Positions 1-12,663 of a stretch of 64,000 bases of DNA are shown one piece after another (position 1 is the stretch's first letter; the number at the start of each line of letters is the position of its first letter). The notes under the pieces were generated by a model. It saw only the letters and a list, made by a program, of their open reading frames with translations, was not told the origin of the DNA and searched no databases. Made by a program: the position numbers and the translations under genes. Location of the stretch: assembly GCA_000182565.2 (NCBI GenBank), contig KQ257464.1, one strand, 5' to 3'. The stretch is from Spizellomyces punctatus DAOM BR117. Taxonomy: Eukaryota.

Positions 1-28
1 TTTAATTACAATATGACGATATACTCAA

Positions 29-1990
29 TTATGGTGACATGCGAGAGTCGCTAGGTTTTCTCACAGCCTGATGCACACTTCTGAGCGCTTCTATCCACCT
101 TTTCATATCCTCCTCAGAACCCGCACATAGTACCATTTGTCTTTTAGGCAAGACCACTTTAAAACAGAACAAGTGATTTTTGCCTTGAGGATCGATTTCC
201 AACACGTCCAGAACCGATCGCAGCGGAATAAGACGCTTGACAACATACTCCTAAGAGTTTAATAAGTAGAATTGAGTACGATAGGTAACCCTAGCAGGCT
301 CTGACATGCCGTATTGTGAACATACCCCATCATTCTTGTACCCAAACAGCCTCCCATTTCGTAAAACAAACCATCGTTTCTTCCACCCTTTCTGCGTTGC
401 AAGCTTCTTGTAATTGTTTGTTACTCGTTTTTCCAAGTACCCTTGCATCACGACACGATCATCATTCGCAGATCCATCTACAGAGGCCTCTCCCTCTTCA
501 TCGGCATCGTCGTCGCTACTCGATAGCTCCGGTCGCCAGTTGGACGGAGTTGAAGCAATGGAGGTAGCTTCAACTGGGGTATATTCTGCAGTCGGGGATC
601 GTTGTGCGTGCGCAGCGGGTACTGCATCCAGCGGCGGTGAGCCAGAGAAGCGCATTCTTGCAACTGCTCTTGAAGGGGCGTCGATTTGAGTTGGTGCAGA
701 GGGTACATAAGGAATTACACTGCTAGGTGTTGAATCCGTCGCTGATATGGCGTAAGCACTGAATATGGAGGAAGGGGTCGTTGTCACTGTTAGGAATGAA
801 TCAGCCGTACCGACAGAGTCCTGATGTGAGGCTTGGGAGCTACTGTCCGCTGTAACGTCTGGACGAGGTGACGGACCATTGGTGGTGCTTGTTCGGGTTG
901 CGGGCCGGACGGGACTTGAAGGAGCCGTAGAATTTTGTGATGGGCCTTGCATGATAAAGCTATTAGTCAATCAAACATAGCCGTTAATGACACGCTCAGG
1001 ATCTAACCAGTATGAGATGAACCCGTTTGAACAGTCAGCCCGTCATTCCGCGTCCCAGAACTGGACGGCGCTCGACTTGCGTCAGCATGTGCTTGCCGTT
1101 GCGCGGTCCGAAGCACCCGAAGCCACTCTTCCATGTCCTCTCTTGACAATGCCTGCACATAATACGTTCTTTCACGGGTTACTAATCCGAAGACATGCTT
1201 CCGTTTCTTCAACTCCACTTCCGCAATCGCATGTATGTCCTTCAAGTCGATGATTTTCAGCAATTCATATTCCTGCATGGAAAAAAGATTCTCATCTTAT
1301 GCTTCAAGCTGACAAGAGATGACATGACCATATTCTTTACCTTATCATTTTGATAATATGCAAACCTAGTTGGCCGCAACACAAACCAGCGCCGCTTCCA
1401 TGTCTGGCAAAAGAACACATTGAGGCTTAGAACAACGACCTTCCAACAGCCTCCATCAATGTATTTAGCAAACACCAACCCTTCGCTTCTCTCCTTTCTT
1501 CATCAAGTAACCACTCTTTATGGCTTGTTGGTTTCTCAAAGCGCCGTCTGCTTCAGCTAAGCTGTACTCCGCCACCCCTTCGGAGTCATCTGCATCATCC
1601 GTAGGCCGGAGTCTTGGAGATTCCTCTTCATCTCTACTAACGCCCAGCTCCCCTGTTACCAAATCATCTGTCGACTCCTCTGTGTCTGAAAACGGATATC
1701 GAAGGAATTCTCGAGGCTAAATATTTCCATCATTTCAAATTTCAGCTCGCTGACGGGCAGAGTCCGAAAGGTCAAGATGCTACCTCATCTCCAGAGACGA
1801 TGCGCGTGTGTCCACTTTGATCCCCGTCACCGGCTTCAGAGGCCCCAACTCCTGACAATGTTCCTGCGCTCGCTGGTTGACCTAGTAAGGAAAGCGAGGG
1901 AGAGTCAGAAGTAGCCCGGACAGGCAACACACAACCAAGGTCAAAGTCGTGGGTTTGAATATTCGACTCTGACAACGAGCACTCACTCAT
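29..1990 (-). CDS. Tandem pleckstrin-homology (PH) domain protein, Opy1-like (multi-exon)
   Basis: Two PH domains: KSGYLMKKGE...WKRRWFVL...EEWLRVL and MQGYLEKR...WKKRWFVL...MKRWIEAL, joined by a Ser/Pro-rich linker. Stop TAA at 29-31. Start at 1990 inferred through a GT-AG intron at about 1718-1783. Confidence 0.8.
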
Positions 1991-2364
1991 ACTACAAGCA
2001 CAGCCGATCTGTCACACTTCTCACACTTCCCGACCAGCGCACACGCGCTGCCTAGCGATTTTTGAACGCGCGTCGATAGGTAGCTGTCACCAACGCACAC
2101 ACAATGCAGACACAGCTGCAGCTGCAGAGACAGACGGGGGGTTTGTCCGTCAATCGTGTTCGTGCACTTGAATTCCGGGGAGGCACACCAGAGCGGACGG
2201 CGAGTCGCTGTTTGGTGGCTTGTTGGTTATACTAAGCGTCACACCATGCGCAGCCATCTGGGTTGTTGCTGTAGCAACAGCCAGGTCAACGTCTCCCCCA
2301 AAGCCCCACCCTTCCGCCCAGATCATCCACAATACATCACACCTTACCATTCACAGCAAAAAAA

Positions 2365-4527
2365 ATGCTACGAACATCGCTAAATCTGTACGCCAAACGC
2401 TCACTACGAGTGCACCATGTGCAGCTGTCGGTGGGTTAATTAATATGATTTCGTCTAAACGCGGCGCATTGTGACATGTGGTTTTCAAAAGAGCAAAGCA
2501 TATCCGGTCCGTGCCTATGCCAGTGCGTCGGATACTGCGGTGAGCAAACTGAAATGTTTTATTATTGCAAATGTCACTTAAGTATCTCTAAACTGGCTTG
2601 TTCGGGTTTGAAGAATTTGAACACACATTTGGAGCAGAGCGATCCAGAGGTGTATGATATCATTCAAAATGAAATGCGAAGGCAGCGGGAGAGTATTGTC
2701 CTGATCCCTTCCGAGGTATACTTGATTCTATCTGAGGGGGGAGATGAGAGCATATGCGATGCTGAGCTGAACATCCGACCTGTTGTCCTTAGAACTTCAC
2801 TTCCCGCGCTGTCATGGAGGCTCTCGGCTCAGTCATGCAAAACAAGTACTCAGAAGGGTACCCAGGAGCGCGATACTACGGTGGCAACGAGTACATTGAC
2901 ATGGCTGAAACACTTTGTCAGCAACGTGCTCTTGAGGCGTTTGGACTGGACCCTGCAAAGTGGGGTGTGAATGTCCAATCCCTTTCTGGTGCACCCGCGA
3001 ATCTCTACGTCTACAGTGCATTGATGAAACCTCACGAGAGGCTGATGGGACTTGATCTTCCACACGGTGGCCAGTATGTTGATCTTGATGTTCAGAGACG
3101 GTGTGGTGGCCGTCATTGACCGCTTGAGTTTCCAGCTTGTCTCATGGTTACCAGACTGACACTAAGAAGATCTCGTCTGTATCTGCATACTTTGAGACAC
3201 TACCATACCGTGTCAACGAGAAGACGGGCATAGTCGATTACGACATGTTGCAGAAGACTGCGACTCTTTATCGCCCGAAGATTCTAGTGGCCGGTGCCAG
3301 TGCTTATGCGAGGAACTGGGACTATCAGCGAATGCGCAAGGTTGGATTCTGTCATTTTACTCGAAACAATGACTGGACAAACTTAGGTCTCAGATGCCAA
3401 CCTACAGATCGCGGATAGTGTTAACGGGTACTTGATGGCCGACATGGCTCACGTTTCTGGTAGGGCGACCAATGTGTGATAAGCCAGGACAAAACTTAAT
3501 CTGTGTAAAACTTGTCGCAGGTCTAGTTGCTGCTGGAGTCCTCCCATCACCCTTTGAATATGCGGACATTGTCACCACCACTACTCACAAGTCCTTGCGA
3601 GGACCGCGAGGGGCCATGATTTTCTTTAGGAAGGGAGTGAGAAAGGTCGATAAGAAAGGCAAAGGTAGTATGTCATGGTTCCAATTTGTAATTCAGAGGC
3701 TTATATGAAGATTCTGGCAGAAATAATGTACGATCTTGAGGGCCCAATCAATTTCTCCGTCTTCCCTGGCCACCAAGGAGGCCCGCACAACCACACTATC
3801 ACGGCATTGGCCGTCGCTCTTAAGCAAGCGAAGGGGCCTGAGTTCAAGGCATATCAGCAACAGGTCTTGCGTAATGCCAAACAATTCGAGGAAAGCTTTG
3901 GTGCACTGCAATATGATATGGTGTCCGGTGGTACCGACACACATCTATTGCTACTGGACCTTCGCAGCAAGGTATAAGACTGTGGTTCAATGACCTCTGT
4001 ATATTCAATCGATCTAAACCGGTTCTTGGACCTCTAGAACATTGATGGAGCGCGAGTGGAGCGGATTCTCGAATTGGTCAACATCGCTACCAACAAGAAC
4101 ACGGTTCCTGGTGATAAAAGCGCCTTGATTCCCGGTGGCTTGCGCATCGGTACGGGATATGTTGAATCTCAAGCCCTCATGTGATTGATTATCTGATTAA
4201 TTCTACTCTAGGGTCTCCGGCAATGACCAGTCGAGGCCTTCAAGAAAAGGATTTCGCACAGATTGCCAAATTCATTCACCGAGGAGTAGAAATAACTCGC
4301 GAGTTGAATGCTGGCGTTTCAGGTACGCTATCTTCGAATGCTTGAGCTCATGAACCACGCTCATGTCCTCCTCAATCGTAACAGGCAAGAAGCTCAAAGA
4401 CTTCAAAGATTCGCTTGGAGATGGATCAAACGTTACGCAATTACAGTCTCTCAAAAAGGAAGTCGTAGATTTCGCGAAACAGTTTCCCACCGTCGGCTAC
4501 GAACCAGCGGAAATGAGATACCGGTAG
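2365..4527 (+). CDS. SHM1: Serine hydroxymethyltransferase, probably mitochondrial
   Basis: Motifs [43 protein letters not shown] (PLP lysine) and [12 protein letters not shown]. Two short 5' exons encode an Arg-rich presequence [16 protein letters not shown]...VRAYAS. Confidence 0.95.
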
Positions 4528-4607
4528 CCGATATATACAGCTCTGACATTAATAATACAGAAGCCACATATAGAGTTGACGTAAATACACCCCGACCCCA
4601 CCATTTA

Positions 4608-5462
4608 CTACGCCCATGCTTTTCGTTTTCTTCGCCATGAAGTTTCGTAGTTTACTGGCAGTGCATCGTAGTCTTCATTCGCGTTTCTTGCATATAGAAG
4701 GTGGGAAGCCTTTTCTAAAAATTGAGTAAGGTTGTCCTCCACCTGTCGTGACTGTTCAGCTTGTTTGGCACGTAAGATCGAACTAGGTTCATCATTCTCA
4801 TTTGATATCTGACAGAGGGCCAGCGGCGGCAACACATCAGAAACAGAGCCATGACCTAAAATGAAGCACGGACAAACCTTATTCGCAACAAAGGTATGTG
4901 GACTTGGGAACGGCGGTAGATGTGATGGTATAGACGAAGGTCGAGGTGGAGGCTCGCTGACGTACTTAAAGCGGTCTTCCTGAAAGAATAATGAAGAAAC
5001 TGGATCTGGCTTGACAGTCTTGTCGGCGTAGTCGGATACAGACTCTACAAAAGAAGGTGAGATCGCATATCTGAGCAATATTTACATCCCGCGGATTTCT
5101 GATACATACCTATCCGGCCCTTTTGCTTCAAAGTATCAACGTACGCGGCCAAATCCCCAACATCCAATCCCATATCCGCCAATCCCAGCCGTACGTCATT
5201 CAAGTTCGGCTTTGTTCGCGTTGAATGCTCACAATACATATGTATGCGAGTAAAGAGCTCCTCCATATCTGCCACAAATATGTCAAAATGCGCTCTTTTT
5301 AAACAACGATAGCCGGACGCTATCAGCACAACATCAGGCCTTACACAATGCGTACACTTCTGTAAACATGTCCAAGGACTCTGCCATAGTGCCGGTAAAC
5401 CCCGTATCCTTCAAAATTCGTGCAATGACTTTGGTGCAGGCTTGAGTTTCAGCCTTTCCCAT
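4608..5462 (-). CDS. TAF8: TFIID subunit TAF8 (histone fold plus TAF8_C)
   Basis: N-terminal histone fold (VIARILKDTGF...YCEHSTRTKPNLNDVRLGL) and the TAF8 motif IPSHLPPFPSPHTF. Confidence 0.85.
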
Positions 5463-5826
5463 TATGTGCTTGTGGCTGGCAAGCAGGCACGAACTGCCCT
5501 AGCGATCGTCCCGACTGTCGTTATGCGAAGCGCTCCAATGGACCTGGGAGACCGCAATACGGAGTGGAGCAGTAGGTAAAGGAACTCGGTGCGAATATGA
5601 CAACCGCTTGGAATGACAAGAAGATAACCGCGCAGACTTGAAAACGAGAAGTCGCGCAAGGCAATCCGGTGCCGAAGCCTTGAAAGCAGCACCTACAGGT
5701 TAAGGGGGTCTGGTTGTTGCCATGTCACTAGCTGGCACAGCACTGCCTACGTAATGAAATGCACGTGATCCCGCTGCGTCCACCGCTCGACTTCCAAGAC
5801 CTTTCGTCACGATCTTGGATGCTCCC

Positions 5827-8587
5827 ATGGCGGCTCCTCTTGCAATAACCCCCTCGGTACCTACCTGGCACACAAAGATCTTGAAGCGCCTTGCGGACCG
5901 TGACCGTCGAGAGAGGGAAGCTTTTGCGGACTTGTTCACGGCTCGTAAGTCAACCATTTAGGCCGTTGTCTACTTCGTTCTGGTCTTTCGAATGCCTTGA
6001 TAAGAAGATAGTTAAACTATATACTTTATTATGATGGCCCGTTCCAGATAATGCCTTTCGTGATACCCTGTCAAACCTTGAGTCGAAGCTCAGTTCACTT
6101 CGTATCGAGCATGCGCAAGCAGTCAAAACAGTTGCCGCGGTCAAAGACTTTGGGTGAGTGGCAATTTAGAAAATTGCTGACTGGCACTTCGCTCTTGTCA
6201 CGGACTCACTGTATCCCTACGCAAAAACAAGATCTGCGGACTCAGCTCAACGGTTCGCAGAGCTGGAACAGCAGGTGACTTCTCTCAAGGAAGAACGCAC
6301 CGAGTTGTACAAAACACAGGGGCAAAATGCGCAAAAGCTGTTAGAGCTTATGGAGGCTTTGCAGAAAGGGGATGGGAAAATTGCTAGCTTGGAGGAGGAG
6401 TGAGTGCATCATGGTATCACTTTCACCGTGCTCGGTCAGCTGATATATTGCTAGAAACCAGACGCTCACAACCAGTCTCGCAAGTGTTAATACCCGTTTA
6501 CGGGACTTGCAAGAACTCATCCGGGAGAAGGATCACGTCATACAGGTTTGATTTTTACTGCTCTGTTGATGCAAAAATCACGGTCTTTAACCAGTCCCCA
6601 ATCACATCCTGTGTCGTAGATACTGCGTGATGAGCTTGCAACACACCAATTGGAGCTAGTACAGAGGGAGGAGCAGTTGAAGGAGAAAGAGGAGAAGCTG
6701 AATAAGCTTGAATCGGAGAACAAACAATTGATCGAGAGATGGATCCTCTTGAAGCAGGAGCAGGCTGCAAGAATGAATGAAGCGAACGAGTTTGTGGCAA
6801 AGTAGGGCGAGAGCAGTTGTTGGCATGCAAGTCGACGAGACGTATTTTTGACTGAAACACACGTTAGCGCTCTCAAGTCTAAAGCGACATCACCTCCAGT
6901 ATCGCGTCAGACATCAGCGGCAAATGTCTATGACGATCAAAGGTCGCATTCTACACTGTAACGCCGAGCTCTCCGCCTTGTCTGACCCTGAGTAATTAGT
7001 CCACAGCCAGTTGTTCGCACATCACTGCCTCAGGCGGCGGTTAAGAAGATTGTGAGTCGATAGCCCCACATTTCTCTTTATTGTCGATACATACTAAAAT
7101 ACATGCAGCATTCGCACGACTCTGAGATAAATTGTATTCAGATTAGTCCTGACGGCTCCTTACTAGCTACCGGAAGCAACGACAAAAAGGTCATACTTTA
7201 CGATGCTAAAGCAGGTATGTTATGTGAAGTGCCTTAGACGTTCCTCGGGATCCTGGCGTTATGGTAACTGTCCGGCTTAAGGTGTGGTCAAGGCTACTCT
7301 ATCAGGATCACTACAGGGTATAATGTCCTTGGCCTTCAACAATGGAAGTGAGCTGGTAATGGGCACCTCCAACGACAATTCTGTTAAGATTTGGAACGTG
7401 GGAACGGGCAGGCTGAAGGTATGATTGCAATTGTGCTTGTTGAATACGACCTTCGCGTTTTCTGTGATTTGTAATTGATATGTGTAGCATACATTGACTG
7501 GTCACATCGGGAAAGTCTACGCAGCCAAATTCACAGACTCAAATTGCGTGGTAAGCCCATTCAAGATGCGTCTTTGCATTGTTACATATGCTGAAGCATT
7601 GGCAGATCTCAGGCTCTCACGATCGCACGATAAAGATATGGGATTTGGCAAAGGGCTTTTGTGAGTGCCATGATACTTCAGCATTTTTTATCTGTTGAGC
7701 TGTCATTCATATCGCTGATAGGCACCAGCACAATTTTCACATTGTCCAGCTGCAATGATCTGACGTTGCTGAATGGCGACGGGTATGTATGACTTCAGCG
7801 GTTATGACGCCCACAGTATCTTACACAGCAATGTTTGGGTCTTATATGTTCCAGCACTGTAATCGCCAGCGGTCATCTGGACAACAACATTCGAATATGG
7901 GATACGCGATCTGGAAGTTTGGTTCGAGAACTTACTGGTATCCATCATGGGCAGATCACTAGTGTTACCATGTCACCAAGTACGATCCCCTATCGTCATG
8001 TGCTTGCTGCGCTCTGGAAGACATTGGAGAAGACTAAGACTTTTGCAACTCGTAGCCCAAAACATCCTGATGACAACTTCACGAGACAACACGTTAAAGT
8101 TGATCGATTTGTCCACTTACCAAACGGTTGGGGTTCTATCGTAAGTTGCAGGGATTACCTTCACATGTTATCATCTGCTCATCTTTTGTAACTTCAGCCA
8201 CGATCAATTCCGACCTGGAATGAACTGGCTCAAGTCCTCGTATAGGTAAGGTGATGTCCATATTTTTGAGGCTGATGTTCGCCACAAGCCCAACAATCTT
8301 CGATGTACACAAATCCAGCCCAGACGGAAAACATATAGTATCGGGGTCCGCAGACGGTTCTGTTTTTATTTGGAACGTCATGACGGGCCGAGTAGATAAA
8401 ATTTTGAAAGAACACAAGTACGTGTATCATTCCCGACTCTTGTGCACAACCCCGGAGTTGAGCTGATGGATACATATGCGCCTACAGGTCTGCGGTATGT
8501 GGAGTGGTCTGGAGCCCCCAAGGAGGCAGCACTGTGTATTCTGCAGAAAAGGACAAGACCGTAGTCTTCTGGGGTGCATCAGCCTAG
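5827..8587 (+). CDS. ATG16: ATG16L1-like autophagy protein (ATG5-binding helix, coiled coil, C-terminal WD40 propeller)
   Basis: N-terminal WHTKILKRLADRDRRE helix; coiled coil ILRDELATHQLEL...ENKQLIERWILLKQEQAARMNEANE; WD40 repeats (GSHDRTIKIWD, SGHLDNNIRIWD, SGSADGSVFIWN). Confidence 0.9.
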
Positions 8588-8855
8588 TAAAAAAGAACAT
8601 TGCTGCGTATAGTTATTAGATTTACTTTCATATTTCTTGAAATGCGCGGCTGAGGAAAAGTTCCTTCCAAGGGAGATTCAGCCTCTTACAACTAGGCTAA
8701 GCCCATTATTAAAGTTTTCGCGCTTCTTTGGGGAGGGAACGGCTTGGTAAGGACACAGCCGCCTTCTACTCTCCACGACCTCCTCCGCAGTAGCATGAGT
8801 TTAAGACTATAACAAATAGATTGGCCCCTCGAGTCTGTCATTAGCCTTCAGTGTC

Positions 8856-10391
8856 ATGCAGCTTTTGTCGACACAGCAACCACCTGCAATGCCCGACTTC
8901 TCAAGGGTCAGTGTAAAACAATGCGTTCCAGACGACTTGTGGCTCGTCATTTTCAGCCTGGTTGCCCACGACTACAAAGACTTGGTAGCGGTCTCGCAAG
9001 TATGCCGACGTTTTGCGAGGTGAGCAAAACAAGATTGTCACGTTCTCTGTAGTGTGAAAAAGGTCCTAACTTGATGCTCTAGACTAGCTGCCGTCAACCG
9101 TTGCTGGTTCGAGGCGTACAGGAATGTTTATCCTGCACTCCGCTCCACTTATTGTGGCAATGACTCTGACTGGAAAAGAAAACTATCTGCATCGAGAACC
9201 TGCATAAAGAACTGGGAGCAAATGGGACGACGTCGTACCGGACCTTTGATTACAGAGGTCATTCCTCGACACGAAATTGCGTCCCGAGTGTGCTCTTCGC
9301 ACTTTGAGTATGCCAGCGTCATTGGAGATCACCTCTTAGAATTTCCAACAGCAGGGAAATGCGCTAGTGGAGTCGTTGGTTTATCTGTCATACATCCTGT
9401 TTCTTCAAGGACGCCTGATCAGACAATGGGCTCCAGTGTACTCTTTGCGGAACTCTCAGGCTCAGTGATCGGTCATGTAACGTTTTCTTCAAAATTGGTG
9501 CTAAAGCTCTTGGATTCAAAGCAAGACTTCTTTGTGTTGGCCGACGAAGATGAAACTCGGTGGACTCGGCTTGAATTTCGACGTTTATCGGCTTGTTGTG
9601 TAGATGGGTCGACAGAGTCATCGAGTTTCCTTTCTGAATTCGTCATGCCGGGGGACGTGGAAGTTTTTGCTTCTTATTCCTGGGTTTCTCACACGATCAT
9701 TGTCCTGGGCATTTCCGACAATGATGAAGGTGTATGTCTTTTAATTGATGCTAAAGGCAACCTGGTGTCATCTCGGAATTATGGAAGAAATGTTAGTGCT
9801 ATCGATTTCGGTGATCCGTATGACTCGGTGGTACTTACCGGTCATGAGCACGGCGGCATGCGAATTTGGGATTTTGAGACCGGAGCACCGCTCTTGTCTT
9901 TGGAAGGCTCCTCACCGGAACCTATCTTGGGATTCACGTGGCGGGAAGAACCGGAAAGTTGGCTTGGTGAATGGCGACGGCCGAAAAACTTGAGTCTAGT
10001 CACGTTTACCGATTGGTCGAACGGGTCGTGCATATGTGGAGGAGAGTTTGTCCTGTGGGATGTCGGAGATCTCTTGGCTCAGGCACGCGCACGTCTCGGT
10101 CGACGGACAGTCTCCTTGCCCCCCATCACGTCTGAAAAAATGTCCTTCCGACATCGGATAGAATTACATCCAGGCGATGATGTTGCTAGTTATTGTGTCT
10201 TGCACCCGCTGATCCTTGTTATTACGTGCCAAGGGTTTTTCGAGGCTTTGGAAATCGACACCGGTCGAAGTCTCTGTAGGGTCAAACTGGAGGTTGACGT
10301 ACATAATCCTTGTCTAAGTAGCGTCATAAGAGGCCCACGCGGTGAAATTTTGGTTGCGACTAGTAATGGATTGTTTCGACTCAATGTTTAA
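8856..10391 (+). CDS. F-box protein with a divergent WD40-like C-terminus (single intron)
   Basis: F-box VPDDLWLVIFSLV...DLVAVSQVCRRF in exon 1; intron about 9020-9082; WD-like LTGHEHGGMRIWD and FVLWD in exon 2. Confidence 0.75.
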
Positions 10392-10586
10392 CGGCCACGG
10401 CCAGATATGTAATTCTGTACCATAGTATTCTTGCTCCTTGTACAAATGCAATATAATACAAATACCTACGCACTTGCCAGATTCGATCGTTCTTCGCTAT
10501 GTGCAAATTTTCAACAGCAGTGATTATTTCAAAATATGGGCATGTAGCCATGCCAGCAATTGTGCTTGCATATATGATGATATGAT

Positions 10587-12310
10587 TCAAGAACAAATCC
10601 ACACCTTAATCGATTGATCTACAGACCCAGTAGCAACCACCGGACTTGCCTTTGCAAAATCTATGCAAGTAACAAAGTGGGAATGGGCGTCTAGTGTTTT
10701 GATACATCGCCCTGATTTGAGGTCCCACACTTTCAAAGTCTTGTCGTCGGATCCGCTGAGGAGGTACTTGCCGTTAGGATGGAAGACCACTCCTCGGATC
10801 CAATTGTCATGACCCGTCTTGAATAAAATTAAAAAGAAAGGCACAGGGTAGAGTAATAACAACAGGTCCCTTACCAAGGTAAACAAGCACTGTCCTGTCG
10901 ACACATCCCATAATCGCAGTGTCTTATCACGGGATCCCGATGCTAGATATTGGCCTGGTACCCCTGGATCTTTACCTTTGCTCTGTAAGGGTTCACGCAT
11001 AAGGTCATGAAAATACACAACAATTGCTCGCCGTTACATAACACCCACCTGAAACCCGGCTAGCTCTCGAATATTAGGAAACGCCGTCGTAGGCGCAAAA
11101 GCTATACACTCTACGACATGCTCGTGACCGCGCAGCTCGCTTTTACATTCGCCGGAACCAAAATCCCATATCCGTATTGTCTATGCAGATCGTGCCCTTA
11201 GAATGACGAATCCTTTCTCACTCCACACATAGCAGAATCTACCTGATCATTGGAGCAGCTTGCCAGCAGCCGTCCATCTTCACTCGAGATCGCGCCGCGA
11301 ACCCAGTCAAGATGTCCAATGATCGTTCTCGTGCAATAACTACGAGATGCACATGGAGAGCGCCATCAGAATGTGTAGCGCGAAACTTTACAACCAGCAT
11401 CCGCAGCAAAATCTCTCACTCCACGCACCCTGACGCAACCTCCCATATTTTTATCGTTTTGTCACGCGATGCCGAAATAATAAAGTCTCCAGTTGAAAGG
11501 AATGCCACCGACGAAACGCTGTGATCGTGCCCATATAAGGTTTTGACACATTGATAATCTGTCTGGGTATCCCATAATTTTATAGTCAAATCCGACGAGC
11601 ACGACACTTCAGGAAGAGAAATGCTCTCATTTAGTCGCTACTCGCGCCTCGAATCCTGCTCAGTGACATACCCAACAAATTTCCCTTCCCATCCCATCCT
11701 ACATCTTGTACCGCCTTTGTATGTCCCTTTAACGTTCGCTCAAACTCCCCCGTTTCATAATCCCAGATTTTTATTGTGGCATCTTCCGATGCGGATGCGA
11801 GGACGGAAAAGACGGGATGAAAGGCAATTTTGGTGATAGGGCTTCGATGACCGGTGAGAGCGTGTTTATGTGGCGGACGGGGTATCCAGTCAACGGAATC
11901 TGCTGATCGCCGGACAGGCGCATGGCTGACCTCTTCCTCCAATTGGGCGATTTTGGTCTCTTGCTCCATTATCTATCGAACAAATCTTAGATCGGTGTTG
12001 ATTTCTGCAACGAGGAGCCGTTCGGAAACGCACACCCCCCATGGCTAGCTCCATACCTTTTTCTGCAAGCGGATAACAGACGTCCACTTCTTCTCCAATA
12101 GCCCAGAATATCGCTGCTTTCCATCCCCATTGTAGTCATTGACGCCCGCCTCTTTTTGGAAGGCATGGAAAGCCTCGTCGAACCCATTCAATCGTAAGTA
12201 GTCCAAGATAGCTAGACGACTGCCAACATCATTTAGCATTATCGATGCTATAGTGCTCGATAGTACTGGACTCACAGCTCCTCCTGCTGCCGCCCCGTCA
12301 ACACGCTCAT
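10587..12310 (-). CDS. PAC1: LIS1/NudF/Pac1 dynein regulator
   Basis: LisH ([11 protein letters not shown]), [22 protein letters not shown] and multiple WD40 repeats. Confidence 0.95.
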
Positions 12311-12663
12311 ATTACGCGGAATGCCCGCTGGCAAGGGTATCTATCTATTGGTGAACTCGCAAGTGGACTGCACCAGGGATACGAGTGAGCTGTTAACTCC
12401 CTCTCTACAAGCGAAACACCGTCAGAAACTGTCATGTCAGCTAGTATTTATAAAGGAATTACCTGTGATCGGGCGTATCGTACTGAAGATTACCAGACGG
12501 TTCGGGACATGAGAAAATCGCTTGTCACGTCCAGGCTCTTGGACAACGGACAAAGTTAGCGGCACAGTCACAAGGAACATCCCATGACTTTGCCTCACCA
12601 AAGTCTTGTCGAGCAGGTTGGAATTGCCATTCGGCAGTCCGATCTTTGTCGTCATCAGCCAGC

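Noticed and set aside
5404-5411. GTATCCTT (and ATATCCTT near 27151) as U12-type donor sites
   Set aside because: Both lie antisense within coding exons, not at intron starts.
8640-8830. Hairpins and GAAAAGTTCC resembling RNase MRP/P CR-I
   Set aside because: No matching CR-V/P4 partner and no H/ACA or C/D boxes. Probably terminator/promoter DNA.
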